Assembly (NCBI GenBank): GCA_965285935.1
Contig: OZ260664.1
Location: 54,684,001 to 54,748,000, forward strand
Reading direction: 5' to 3'
Source: Ophelia neglecta
Lineage: Eukaryota
Length of the DNA stretch: 64,000 bases
In this document: positions 1-14,756 of the stretch, in pieces
How positions within the stretch are numbered: position 1 is the first letter of the stretch
Layout of the letters: each line of letters starts with the position of its first letter
Program-made: the position numbers and the translations under genes
Notes under the pieces: generated by a model
Seen by the model: only the letters and a program-made list of their open reading frames with translations
Database searches by the model: none
What the model was told of the DNA's origin: nothing

Positions 1-3000
1 GAAGAAAATCTTGTTTAAAATAAATGGCATCCAGTTTCAATCATTAAATGGATAAACATATATATCTTCTTTGTTAATAATTCCAAAGGGCTATACTTCC
101 AAGCCCATGTCAAGGCTCATAAACAGGCACAAGATATTAAATATCAGTCAAATCGCGTGACAAGCCACCAGCAAAATCTGTTGTTAAAGCCTGATCTGAG
201 CTGGAGGATATTAAACTTGCATGTTAATATGCTATTCAATATAAAACACTGGCAGGCACAAATGATTCTCAAAGACCACATTCAAATATAATAGGTAATT
301 AGGTGTGGCTTTGACACTTCCATTCAATAATAAACCATAAGCTGGTCATTTGGGGACAATTCTCCATGGTTGTCAAAACTTTCAAGTACCTAATACTAAT
401 ATTTAGAGATCTGCTCCCTAAAGTGGATATTTGCCAAGACATTAATAACATGCAGTTAAAAGTATCATGAGAATTTCAACAATCAAAGATAGTTATTTGA
501 AATATCAACCAGACCAAATTTATTAATATACAACAAGGTAAAGACAGTCTAATAATGGGAGATTTACTGATATTTCCTAAAGGGTTTAAGTAAAAAGTTC
601 ATTATCTCAGTTGGGTGCAAAATTTATTACAAAATTCTCTTAGGCATATACTCTTTATCTTTATCTCAATGGCCAGCATATTTACATGGCTGTTGTAAGA
701 CCATGTTGAGTATATAAAGTCCCAATACAAAACTTGTTGGCAACGGGTAATAGGATTTCACAAAGCTTTATCATAGGATTTCATCAATAGCATGCACGTG
801 TCCTAAAATTACATTTGTATACATGTATAACATAAAGTACCTTTGGTTTAAAAGCAATCAATGCAGTGTCCATGTCTCCCTGCTACAGCTGAATCCCTAA
901 GATGAGATTGCTTTTTCTCCATGTGTTGGGCCCAGGTAAAAACTGGCCAAGAAGTCAGCATCTTGTATTGATTTACATCGGATTACCAATTTACACATTC
1001 AGCCAGGAGTATTGTGTTACACAAAGTCGTGTATTATCAAACCAATGGTACTACTATCAGTCGTACTCTCACCTGTACGTACAACCGTAGAGAGACATCA
1101 ATGACATCTCCATAAACTGATACCTTATATAAATGTACACACAGCCAGGTGGAAAGCACAGACATTACCCAGCTTTGGTGAACCATGTCTCTGATAATAA
1201 TCCTTTCCCACTGCAGAGCCTGGGAATTTCAGAACCACAATTGATAACCTGTGTGAGAGTTTAATACAGTAAGGCACATTATGCCGAACACTTCAATGAA
1301 GACGCATGATATTTTTTGACTGAATTACGTGCTGTGAATTACTCCCAGCACAACCGCACCTCAGTAAAAAACAAATTCATCTAAAAAAAAGTTGGTTTTA
1401 TGAACACCTGCCTGAATGTGAATAAACTGAGAAAAGGAATATCACAGTGTTTACATGGATATGACTCATCTTCAATTCACATATCATCAGTGTACACCTT
1501 TCAACAAGAACACCTTAGAGAAGATAGCATATGTTTGGGATATGTCAGTTTCATTGAGCATAGCAAAGCCTTTCCATTTAAAATTAAGGAAGCGTAAGGG
1601 TTGGTAATAAAACTGTCATTGTCAAAAATAACAATGAAGAATTGCTCTGTTATGTAGTTCACACAATGTGAGCTGCCCATCTTCAGCTAAAGAGGCAGTG
1701 TTTGATGTAGCGTGGATCTCTGTCATCCCTGGATGTCTGTTAATAGGTTTTTGCCTGCTGTAGAGGCCTGACATTTCCAAGGAACTACACACTCATATAA
1801 ATGAACACCTACAATACAAACTCTAGCTTGACAAGGTTTACTTTGATATTTTAAAGAAATGTACAATATAAATCCCATTCTAATTCCCTTCTGAATGTAG
1901 AATATCACATATTCTTCTCCATATCATTGCATTTCATCAAAGCAAAGAGATACATGATTTGAAAACTGTTTATAATAATATTTGAATGATGGGCATCCTT
2001 TGCCAATGTTGTAACTGTCAACATCCCAATTGAAGTCAGGACATGTAATATCATATGTTTTAGTCACATGGTTCATATGCTTTCAGATGTTTGAGGGGTT
2101 CTTCTCAATATACCTATAATACACATACCTTGAGGGCATGATTCTTTCCAATGGCTATTTGCCTTCCACACCTGTAATCAGTACATTCAAATACAGATGC
2201 ACTGTTCAGCTTCATTCCTGTCCTAATGCTTTTAAATGACTAATCCATGTAACAGCAATGATGACAGTGACATTATGTTGAAAAAAAACACAGAATATTT
2301 AACAGGAAATTCAAGATCCAGGTGCAAATAGCCACCTTTCTCTTGCACCTAGCCAGAGTGCACTGTGTTAATCCTAGAGATGTGTTCAATATTTGGGTGG
2401 CTCAGACTTCTCTAACACCCAGAGTGCTCATTGTTTAATCCAAGGTACAAGTCTATAGATTCACTCGGAATCTTCTACCATTGCTTGGTCAATACAAACA
2501 GTATTCTGGATGCCAACTAAAAAACAACTCTCCTGGTGGGCTCTACCATAGCCCCTGTGGTACACATATATACCATGTACTTGCTGCCATAAAAAAAATG
2601 GGGCAGTAATATCGGACACTGTTTGCAGCAGATTCAATGCTTAAATGATGCTGAAACACATTAAACAGGAGATATTGCCCTTTATACAATGCTATAAAGA
2701 GCCATTTGCACAATATTGCAGCGCCTCAGGCTGACGAGATAGAAGCCTTTTTATGGGCAAATATCTACAGTGTGATCTACAGTGAGATTTCATCTTTGGA
2801 ATTGCGTTCAATGATAAAATTGACAAAAGCTCAGAATGAACACACATGAAACGGTACTTGGCTAAGGCTGGTACTGTAAGAAATAACCTAATTATTGGAA
2901 CTTTAATTCCCAAAACTAGAATATAGAGAATGGTCGTCAGTCTAAATATGTTTGTTTTATTTGATAGTCTACTGCTATGTCTTTTGTTTTGTTGTAGTCA

Positions 3001-6000
3001 ACTATGCACACACACAAAATATATATATTTATAGGGTGAAAAATAAAGTTACATCTTCTGATAGTCATTTTATTTACCCATGCACCACCTCCAGAGAGAA
3101 ACTGACAAGTAGCTAGTCTCTAGAATATCCAGCAAGCTAACTATAGACATAAGTCTTTTAAACTCAATCTGGAGACACAGCAGAAGTCTCTTCTAAAACA
3201 CAATCAATTACTTCACAATCATCTTCAGCATTGCCTGCAGGTATACTGTCCAGGTCAGTTCATTTTACACAGAGTATTGACCAGTTTTGCCATTTGCCAG
3301 TGTTGATTCATGCTGAAGGTGACAAAGGTTAAAGTAAGAAAGGCTGCTGGATGACATTTCCTGTTATTTCCTAAAAATGTTGACCAAAGACTCTCTAGAC
3401 AGATGGCGGCTCATTCATATTTGATGAACTAATCTGGTCAACCACAAAGGTGTAAAATAGACACACCAATTATAGGCCTATTACTGCCATAGCTGAAAGC
3501 CCTCAACAGCATTTAACAGCTTAAAATCTTTAAAATAGAGACATGAGATCTGCTGATCACCACAATAAATATAAAAGGAAAATTACCTGGCATAAACAGT
3601 TCTTAAGATGTGGCTTCTTTATAATAAAAAAACATACAGGCCAGTTTGATCTACTCTATACATGTACATTATATGGCAAACACAGACTAAAGTTAAACAC
3701 ATATTTACATACAGTTTTTTCCTTTCCTCAACAAGAATCAGGACTGCCCCTCTCTGCCATTGGTTTGCGTATTCATGCCGTAGGTTTTTACCGACCATGG
3801 CATATCTATCAGCTGTCCAGAAGAGTGGCGCTCAGTTAGTGTATTGTCAGATCAATCTGTAGGCCGGCCACGTTATTGTATCAGACCTCTGATCAATAAG
3901 GACATTCAATTAACTCACTACCAATCACTGAAATATGAACTTTCCCTATTATTTCGGAGCTCATTGTGAGAGTTTTGATCCAAGTCAACTGATATCTTGG
4001 CACAATCCTCGGTATATTTGCGCACTAATATATCAAACATCAGGGACAATGCAGAATGTTTAGACCACAACTAGATATGTGTCCAAGTAATTAGTCTTAA
4101 ATTACTCTCTCAGTCTATCAATAATTAAACCATCCTGATTACTTGCATAATAGGAGAGTTCAGAAGAACTGGACTAGCCTGTACCTTTATCCTGTTTACA
4201 TCAACAGTCAGAGGAGGCACACAAACTTCTGTTTCCTAGTAAAACTCAGAGTATGTTACCACCAAATTCTCAGAATATATAATTTTACCTGCAACTGTCT
4301 CAATTAACAGAGTGGATACTTTTTTGAATGTGAATTCTCTGTAACAGTATCATTATGTTGATTATAAGTTCATCAAATAAAGTCCTATCCAGTTGTCTTC
4401 TCCTCAGCTGTACTGATACATTTATGTGCAATATGTGTGATTGGACATACTGCTGTGCAGATACACAACACCTTTAATTAGACAGAATTAAGGTGATTAG
4501 TTCGAATCATACATCTCATTATCTCCACATGCCAAAGATGTATCAATTATCACTCTCTTATTGACATTATTAACATATAAATAGACAATATTGCAATTAA
4601 GTAATTAATTGACGTAATACTTGACCAGATTGTGTGCAAGAGAGGGCATAATCTGAGGTTATCATCCTGTGATGTTTGGAAAATACATACACGTTTACCG
4701 ACAATGAGGGTTCATAAATTTACTTAGTTGTTGAAGAGGAGGCACTAGAAAATGTCACAAGATTAAATCAAAATATTCACAAAAAGTATTAAGTTTATAA
4801 TATTCAATCATGATTCTGATAATTATAGGTAGTGGAGTATGTAACAATGTTTTCATAAGAACTAACCTGTTTAATGGCTGACTTCAGTAATTAATGCTTC
4901 ACAGTGCATTAAATATTCCAATATTTCTAAAATATGCAAGTCAAACTTTTAATGTTTTGAAAGTGCCCCTAGCCACAGGCCATTAGCCACTCTCATTAGG
5001 CTAATCTTTTTTGTCCAGATGTTCCCAGGGGGAGCAGGGGGATGTGCCATTCTAAGCAGGTGTGAAGAAGCAATTGTCGCCCACTGTGGGCCCACTTACC
5101 TTTGTTAGAGGCATGTGTCCCTGAATCAAACACCAGACCAACATACTTAAAGGTGGGAACTTCAGTGTCAATAAATCATTATAACTATTGGAAAGTACCT
5201 CTATGCCTTACCCACAAACCTTAACAGAAAAGGTATGCTAAGCCAACCTCTAGTGTAATCTCCCAGGAGGGGGGTGGGGGTGGTGTAGGCTTGGGTGGTT
5301 AATATATTTTGACAACCTATTTATGATAATTATTCCATTGATCACAGGGCATACTTCACTACAATTCCTCACAAGGATGTGAAACACCTGCCATCTTAGG
5401 AATAACTAATAGTCTTATGAATAAATCATATTTATTGGTAAGTCAACTTGTCACTTGCCAATTACCCAGAATCAGTCTTCAATCTACCGGTAACTTGTAT
5501 ATTCTGCCATTGTCCATGAGTTGATTAATTAAGTTAAAAAAAATGAGCTTAGACATAAACCAACCATTTGCTATTTGACATGTATATTTTAGACAGAGTA
5601 CCTGTATCAGAATCAACACAATAAGTTCATTAGCTGAGCAGCTGAGTTTCTATGATGGCAAGAAGGCAGGTGCTCCTTGCCTTTCACTAAATATTTCAGC
5701 CAGTGACTTAATTACAGCACATCCTTGTGTTAATTTAAGGAATGCCATTGCCTTGTTTGCCTTTGTCCTAGCTAGCCCTATTCCATATGGCATGATGCTC
5801 TCACTGCCTGCTAAGTCTGGCTGTTATTGTGTTACATCGGATAACACCTAGATTTAATAACCTAACTAACCACCATGTTTATCTCCAGTTGTATAACCCA
5901 AGTGACATGAAAAACATCCAATTGGTGATACCTTCTGAAAGAAAATTATTGTAGCCTTAGTCTTCCCCATTGCCAAGCCTAATCCTTTTTACAACACTGT

Positions 6001-9000
6001 TAAATAACTTGTGGGAAAATGTCTGCAGAGGTTACGAACACTATTGCATTAGACAGATCAATATTTGAAATGCTCAGTGAATTGGTGACAACATCGGGAG
6101 CATGACGAGTGGATCCTTAGTGGAATATTACTCATCTGGAATAATCTGTAATTATCAACTATAATGCAAATCGGGATAAATGTAACAATAACTGAAATTT
6201 GTGCATGAAGGTTATCAATAGTTACTAATGTTGAAATTCCATTGGGCAGTCTAAAGAGCATGCAGGTATTGTTCTAATAAAACAACATACCAAGATAGGC
6301 CCTCAAATGTAATCTTAGGAAGACAAAGAAAACACAAGACATGTACTGCAGCCCAATGAAATCCTAAATAAATGAAGACACACACTATTTGATTGATAGA
6401 TTGGTAAAGGGTGTTCAGCTGTCTTTTCATTTACAGCTTCACTGATGCCCAACACATTCTTACCAAATGCCTTGTGGTATCCATTACCCCCTAATATAGC
6501 GAGTCTGCTTTGTCTCAAAAGATGAAAAACCAAAATGACTGATCGACAGCATGCAAAGCTAAAGTTCAAGGATTTTGCAAAAAAAACTTCAGGCAACAGA
6601 TGTCAGCCCATTCTGGTTTAATATCACTGGCAGAAATACAAATTTGTCTTAACTGAAATAATACAATAGCACCATGGGTAAGGCATGAGGTAACTATTAT
6701 AGAAAGGTGCATGGAAATCAACTTTCATTTCTCTTTCTACAGCTGCCGTAAAATTAGTGTCACAATTCATTATAAGTTGTCTTCATAATAATATTATAAT
6801 TTGAGTAAAGGTACTTTAGAATACATATGCTTCATATGATATATATTGAGTAGCTAGTGTACACACTTAGTTGAGCAAACCTTCAATATCCGGAGAAAAC
6901 ACGGTTACCATAAGTACATACACAAGTTATGTACTCCAAATATCATTGGTACATTGATTGGTGAGGCCAGTATATAAATACTCAAGTCAATGCTTCTCCG
7001 ACTCCATTAATCAGACAAATAAGACTAGCTATTTATAAAACGTAAATAGATATTGTATTTCAGATGATTCCATGTGGGACCTCCTCCCCCTCCCCTCTGG
7101 GGATGGCTCATTAACTAGCATTGTCACCCAGGGCAGCTTAGCTACAAGACAAAATAACCACATAGCTAGAGGCCTATTGGCAAATTTCAACACCGACAAG
7201 CTTAAGAAAATAATAAAGACATATTAAAAACCAGCAAGTACATGTATTTGTACAAAGAACACATGTGGAGGTTGTAAAGACCCAAGTCCTAACCATTCTA
7301 TTGTCCAAAATACTTTCAAAAGCAAATTATCATTTATATGGATCATAGACCAATCTTAACTACATATACTAGATAAAATGAAGGCACTATATTACACTTA
7401 TTCATTATATAAGACCGTTTGAAGTTCTCTGTACCACCCACTAAGTTTTATAGAAAAGTCAGTGAAGGTTGCAGGCTTTTAGCAACAATATTTATGACCT
7501 GGCAAGTGGAGTACTGTGGATGAGATTTCCTAAAAAGAACTTTCTGCTCAATACTCTTGTTATAAAGTTACTTCCAGGTAAATAATTTTTATCATGCCAA
7601 CATATTTCTTGTCACTTGATTACGACCTTAGCCAAATGAATCCCCTGTTTACCATCCATTTTTATGTAAGTCTATAAGGCCTCAATCTTTTGACATTTAA
7701 CATGCTGAAGTGATTGAGTTTTAACCATAAAATGCACAATAGCCAGTGTCAGTCAGGATTTATTTGGCATTCAGGGCCGTTTTGTCAAGATTTCTGTTCT
7801 TTTACATACCTGATTTAGACCATATGATTCCTTGAACAAATTAATATTAGGGTAATAGCAAGATGACAGGAATATGTTTTTGCTCAGATATTCTTGACTG
7901 TGGCATCCTCAGGTGAAATGAAAATGTTGTTTCACCTCCTAGTAAAAAGAACCTGTCAGAAGTTGCAAGCATTGCTACATGAAAATTACTGCAACTTCCA
8001 CATAGCTGCCAGGCAAAAGTATAGTCAAATGAATAAAGTCAATTGCAAATAAATCTATTTCTTTTGTAAGTTAGTTTCTCAGATTTTCAGACCCCAGGGT
8101 GTGTTGGTTCGGTCCAGGTAAAGCCTCTGTTCAAGCGAAAATATGACCAAGAGCAACACCAGTCAAATAAAGAAGAGGATACATTACCAATGAAATGTAC
8201 AAGTAGCTCCAGGTTGCACCAGAACAAAAAGCAGACGGCCTCATCCTTTAGGATGAACAACTTGTAGGCACACTAAAGAAATGAGACTGAATTACCTCAA
8301 TAGGTAAGTCATCACAGTGTCATGGGCACTTTGAAACCACCAGGCCAGAAATATAAATTTCTCTTTCAACGTCCTCTTTTTCATGCCAAGAGCAAATAAT
8401 TTATAAACCAGGCACACACAGGAGATAGTGTAATACATTGGTCATCACATGTGACAGCAATATAACTGAAATCACCCAGACCATTGCAGCGGTGATAAAA
8501 TATCAAATAAGGTGGAGAAAACTTGAAAAGTAACACCATTAATGTCAAAGAACATACAAACATAAACAGCACCACTCAACAACGACACAGCCAAAGCTGA
8601 TCACCAGCTACACTCAAATGACTTAGGTTTGACCACTAATATTTTATAAATGGGAACCTTGACAGGTGTTATATGCTTATTCCAGCCACTCTTTCTAATA
8701 TTCTGCATTTGTCAATCTTTAAAGCACTTTAATTCACCACTTAAGGTCACAATCACCAATCATTTATGAGTACAAGCAATACAGTTATTTTCCCAAAACT
8801 AACAAGTACATGTAGTTTCCAATGTGCATGGTACCCACTATTACATGGATAAACATTCTGCAAGAGGCCATAACTTCAGTTAAAGTCTACAATATTTTCC
8901 AAGCAGAAGTTATTCTTCTTTTGATCAAAAAATACCATATGATATGGCAATTTCATCCAGTACAGAATTCCCTGACGAAGTTCCCTTTCATAAGGTACAT

Positions 9001-11235
9001 GAAGTCACCTGACCAACTGAGGCTCCAGGTTAAATCAGCTCCTGAGATCCCATCCTGAAGTTCCCACAGGGTATAGGACCTCCTACACATGTATCTATTA
9101 GCCTCAGGCCTGAGAAGAAGGTGGCCCTGGACACTTCAGGTCTTCAATTTAAATTAATTCAATCATGAAAACTTATCATGGCTGAATAATTTCAAGTTTG
9201 AAAAGCCTGTAATCTGCAGAACATCATTCTAATTCTGAATCACTGCTTGATCATCTGACAGGGAAGAGAGATTCAGTGACACTCAAGGGAGACACAATTG
9301 TTATCTAATAAAACCTCACAAACCTACCCAAGACCTGTGCACATGGATGTAGGCTCTTGTCATGCACTTTAGTTTAGCACATAATCATTTAACTATTAAT
9401 ACATTTGGGCTTCAGGTTAGTCTAAGAAACTTTAAATAAAATTTATGAATATGTACGCATTGCAGCATTTGTACATATTATGTGCATAAGGTTACTGTAT
9501 ACATGTTCATATGTATGCTATACAAATGCATGATATTTGCTCAATAACTTACTCTAAATGCACCGATTACTAAAAGCGTTTTTATACTTTGCATTCTGTT
9601 ATATGTGTACAGGTATAAAGTAGTAATTACGTATTATACATCAGGAGCATCTGCATGGACCAATCTAGTGAAAGTTAATGATGCTTTCATCAAGTATAAA
9701 TCATACAAACATACCTGTACAAATGTAAAATAACCGATCAAAATAATCACATACCTGTATCAGTTTAAACTGTGCACATCAAATATTAAAATTAGTTGGC
9801 AAATTTAAGTATATTAGAAAGGGTGATAACAAGTAGCTACTTTTTCAATATGTACCTTCAAGTAATATCTATGGCTATCTCCAAACACTTGAAGAATGAT
9901 GGATGACTGTATACAAATGTACTGTCTCTCTCATTCCACCTCCGAGCTCTGCCATTGAGTCCTGTCTGATTAGAGAGGTGACTGTGGACAACTGGTCAGC
10001 CACGCTGGTGGCCATACACTGTCTAACAGGCCAATAAGCACCTGTCCAGTCAAATTTGACACCGAGAGGCAAACTGAATGACATGTCATCAAGGTTAATG
10101 GTTGATGAATAAGTTCTGGAGAACTGATATGTCAGGCACAAGTTTACATAACAAGTCTTACAACACTAAATAAATAGAAGACCTAAACATTCACATACTA
10201 AGTAGCCCTGTCACTTCCATGACAAAGGTAATTAGTCTGGTGATTTCTCTAAGTGGCTTGGATAATTGTACTATCTGACTCCATTCCTTTTCCAGTTCTC
10301 AAAGAAAAGAAGATGCTCTTTTACATGTAGCATGTGATTCATTGCACAGGGAGTCCCACTTTTCAAAGTTGTAAATATGTGAAGGAACATATCTTATATA
10401 TCAGACAGCATGGAATCCTTCTACAATGAGAAGTTCATACAAATTATATAAATATGATAATAATATTCCTACGAGATGAAACTTGCCATGCATGTAAAGG
10501 ATCCTGTACTCTTGCATGTGTCTGAAGTGTCCCAAAGCTCTTTGCCAGGAGCTGTCTTTTTGTTTTCTCACTAAACATGTACGTAATAAGTATAAATATA
10601 TGAAGTGCAAAACATTTCACTCTTCAGTGGTTTCTTTTGAAAAAAAAAATCTGGCACAACTTGAAAAGGACAGAAATGATATTTTCCAAACCAATTTGCA
10701 TGTCAGATTCATTATATAGCAAGCTCCCTAATAACATTAAAATGGGCAAGCAGGTCCAATGAAACGCAAAATTTCATGAAAAAACTCTCTGTGTAAATAA
10801 GGATAAACATGTGTATTTTGCCATAATTTACACCTAGTAATAACAGGTTAACCAAATAAAAATGAAAATTATGGTCCAACGTTGTAATTTGTGTGACAAG
10901 TTGATAGGTCTGACACTTGTTGCTGGCACGACAGTATGGCTTTCATCTTCATGTACATTCAATTTGTTCAACACTGCTTGGCAGAATGGCATTTATAAAT
11001 TATGAATATACAAAATAGTGAATATTAATTCAAAGAACTCACTCGATATCCTACTGAGCAGATATATAAGTCCAAAAACTGAAATGAATAAGTCCAGAAT
11101 TGCAGTAGTCCAGCCTTTCATTTGACCAAATTCAGAGTGGAGCTCATCTATAAAAGCCTTAGGGGGAGAAAGAGGGCTGTACTGACTGCCAGCCAAGCAT
11201 CAGCGACCACATTAATCAGACACACCTGGCTGCCT

Positions 11236-11283
11236 GCGTCAGCACAGGAGAGCGTCTGCACTGGAGAGCGTCTGCACAGGAGT
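11236..11283. repeat. Tandem repeat, 3 x 16 bp, GC-rich
   Basis: gcgtcagcacaggaga / gcgtctgcactggaga / gcgtctgcacaggagt. Confidence 0.9.
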
Positions 11284-12723
11284 CACAAACAGAGCAGTGA
11301 AAGTGGGGCCTGAAAGCACCTTGCTTCCATCTCATCTGCTTTGTTTAAGGTCAAGGCAATCGATCCAAGCCATTTTAATAGACATTGTTAAACAGCATCA
11401 GTAGTTTTAATTAAAACTGCCACAAAAAATACTGCAATAACTGGTACCAGAAAGCATTAACATGATGTATATGCTTAGTTGCACAATTATCTTTCCAGCT
11501 GATGAAAGTTAATTAACTTTTTAAGATCCACATGATTTAGATGTTCCGCCTACTATTTTCATTACGTTCCTTAACATGATTTTCAGCATGTTAAGAAACA
11601 AACTCAGAAAACTTCTAAGTCCATCTTGGCATGCAAGGTTTCACATCTACAATGTATATAGGGCAGTCAGGGAATGGTTAGCATAATGTATTACACAAGT
11701 GATGGAATGATAATTAATTATAAGGAAAACCTGCAAATTTAAGAATAGTAGTTCTGATGAACTTTTTTTTCCGCTTTTGGGGGAGGGGAGAGGAGGAGGG
11801 GGAGGGGCAGGTAAGCAGCTTAGTATAAAAAAAAAACACTTTTGTCAAAAGAGAATTGTTAGCCAGTTCTTCAGTTGAAAGCAAAATCTCATAGTTTGAA
11901 TAACATTTCATGACTTTTATTTTCCATCAATGCAAAAAAACACAAAGAAGCCAATAGAAATTCTTATAAGATAACAGATGCTATCTTACTATATGAATGT
12001 GAATTTTAGAACTGACTTCAAAGGAATTCTAAGGGAATGAATGGCTTAAACTAACATTTCCCTGAGAAGCGTACCTCACTGTTAATATTTAACACTAAAA
12101 GTAACATTTGCTTGGCAGAGGGCGCTTCATTATGATAGTGTTTGGTCAAATTTGTATCAGAACAGTGGTACTTTTAACACTCGCATATTTCTTTGACCGA
12201 CAATTATCAAATTATTTGCAGGAGGCAAATACAAGAATAAAAGAAAGATTCTTTCCACCTGGTATGATGAACTTAAAGATTAATTCTACAAACTTCAGGA
12301 AGGAAGAAATAACAATATTGAATTAAAATGCTTTTGGCAAACAATTCAAATTGAATTACAGTTGAGCAGAGGTACTTAAGTCATGATGGTGAAATGTTTT
12401 GTAGTATTTGGTATAGAAATTGGTCCTAAAGGTGTGTCCCCTATTACTAATATGTGTAAATCTGGGCTAGTCATAACCTTCTTCTAAAATATCAATAAGA
12501 AGAAATTGCTGCTATGACAGCAAGAAAAATCTACCCTTAAACAGTGGCAAATAACCTTCGAACTAAGTGATCGGTTAGGAACATAATTAAACCACAACAA
12601 GCAGGGTAGAAAAGGGGAACTATGTGATTTTAATAAAATATCTGTAAATGCTTAATACTAAGAGAATATTCATGTACACTGTACATTTTATTAGAATTAT
12701 TCTGATCCCAATATATATTGATT

Positions 12724-12860
12724 ACAAAGGAACCCCTGATCAGAGACCACTCACAGAATCTAGAGATTGTGATCTTATGAGAGGGGTGGTCCCTTGTGAG
12801 TGATTCGATTACATATATGACATGTGTTTTAAAATGGGAATCCTTTAAATGGATCACCAC
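12724..12860. mobile_element. Possible decayed Tc1/mariner-type MITE fragment
   Basis: acaaaggaacccctgatcagagaccac ... gaggggtggtcccttgtgag: inverted GACCAC/GTGGTC sub-repeats reminiscent of CAGTGGAACC...GAGACCAC-type MITEs. Recognised by resemblance only. Confidence 0.3.
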
Positions 12861-14368
12861 ATCTTAATTTTCTTAATATGATAATAATAGTAGCCTCATA
12901 TAATATATTGCCCATCACTGCTTTAAATCATCAACAATTCAAAACAACAACCCAGTGCTTATTTAACATGATAGAACCTGTAAATGGAAGAGTACAATTC
13001 TCTACTGGATCATCTAGCAAGTCCAATGTTCTACCTGTATAGTATCTATAACCATAAAATGATAACTTCTTGCCCTAAATTGCCCTTTTACACATTGAGA
13101 AAGCCAATCACCTACGATATAAGCAAGTCATTTAGATACTAATTTAAGATAATGAAAACCTTTAACCATGTTTGATGACTGTTCAGTCATTCATTGAAAA
13201 CTACCAGACCAGACAACAACAATGAACCCAATCAGAGTAAAGAACAATAAACATGAAAAATGTCTACAGGATTCAACTACAATGAAAAATGGACAACCGT
13301 AATGCATAAAATGTAAACACATGCATCATGCATGACTTTCTCAATATCTCAATAGAAACAGAAAGTGTGTCATTAAACTTCAACAATCTACACATGCAGT
13401 AGAAAGAGACATATGTAACTGAGGCTGTCAGTGTCAAGACACTGTTATTACATATACAGCTTACATTAGTTAGTATAAAGACTGATATGATAAATATATA
13501 TTTTCATATGTGGCTAATTAACAGTACCCAACTTTCCTGCAAGACATTAATATATTTAGGGCTTTAGAGCAAAAAATGTTATAAATGGTTTATCAGTTTA
13601 TCTGGCCAAACACTCACCTCAGACAGCACATAGCATATTTGTCAATGTAGCCAATGGTGTCTTCAAATTCTTCTAATGGTGATGCATCTAAACAAGCTGG
13701 TGATCCCAACCCAAAATATGGATTGATGGCTATCAAAAGATTACATGGATCATTTCCTATTTAAGTTCCAGCCTATAGTGAGGGTCTAAGGAAGGCACTG
13801 GTGGTGTACATGTATGTGCCATTACCTGAACCCTGCCACCTGTATCTACACAATGGACACCCCTATCTCATTTGATGTTATTTACATGTGCAAAACTGGA
13901 GGCCTTAACCTGGTCTGACAGACAATATACCATCATTACTGACAGTGATCAGTTAAACGTCATAAACATGCCTGACATCCACATACTTACAGATATAATG
14001 TTAGGCAATTTGGTGTTAGCAAGAGGTTGATTTATAACTAATTTGTTTATGCAAAATTAATTGACTGAAAGACAATCAACCCCCACTATGAGAGTCACAA
14101 ACAAATCCAGAGAATTATTCAGATAAATGTCTGTCTTTCTTTCATGCAAAATGTTTGATAACAGACACAATGAATGCTTAAATGTGCACCAGGAGATTAT
14201 CACAGGTAATAATACATCATTGAACAAAAATTCTGATAGTTTCAATCATTCTCATACTTTGGCTATGTATTCATATAAACATTTAAATCAATCACAGTCA
14301 TATTGAATCAAAGATTATATGAAATTGTCATGGTCATATCACTGAATCATTCACTGACAAATTCCTGA

Positions 14369-14756
14369 AGGGGTGATCATCTATTAGGGAGGGGGAGGGG
14401 TGCAAATCCTTGCCCCAGTTAACTTTTTTTATTTGCACACCCTCAAAATGTGGCATTTGAAACTGTAAGGCTGTTGCATGGAAGGAAAACAAGGAAGATT
14501 ATAGCATGAACATAGCATGAAGCACAAAATAATATTGGTACTTTAATTATAAATTTAAAAAATAGCATTATTGTGCTAAGTGCCACAAATTTTGGTACTT
14601 TTCTTTTATAAATTTGTGTACATTATATTAATTTTAATGGGTTATTTGATTGTAGGGTGACGCCCCTCATCCAACAGTGTCACGTTTCTTTGACTCTCTC
14701 CCCCCTCGCCCCCAGGATTTGAGCCCCCACCCCTCAATTGTAAATGACCACCCCCT
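14369..14756. mobile_element. MITE-like element (~390 bp)
   Basis: Left AGGGGTGATCATCTATT vs reverse complement of right end AGGGGGTGGTCATTTACAA. G-runs inside the left end are mirrored by C-runs inside the right end. AT-rich core. Confidence 0.6.

Noticed and set aside
2353-2441. Two similar CCAGAGTGC...TAATCC segments 66 bp apart
   Set aside because: Short, degenerate and only two copies; cannot be distinguished from an old local duplication.
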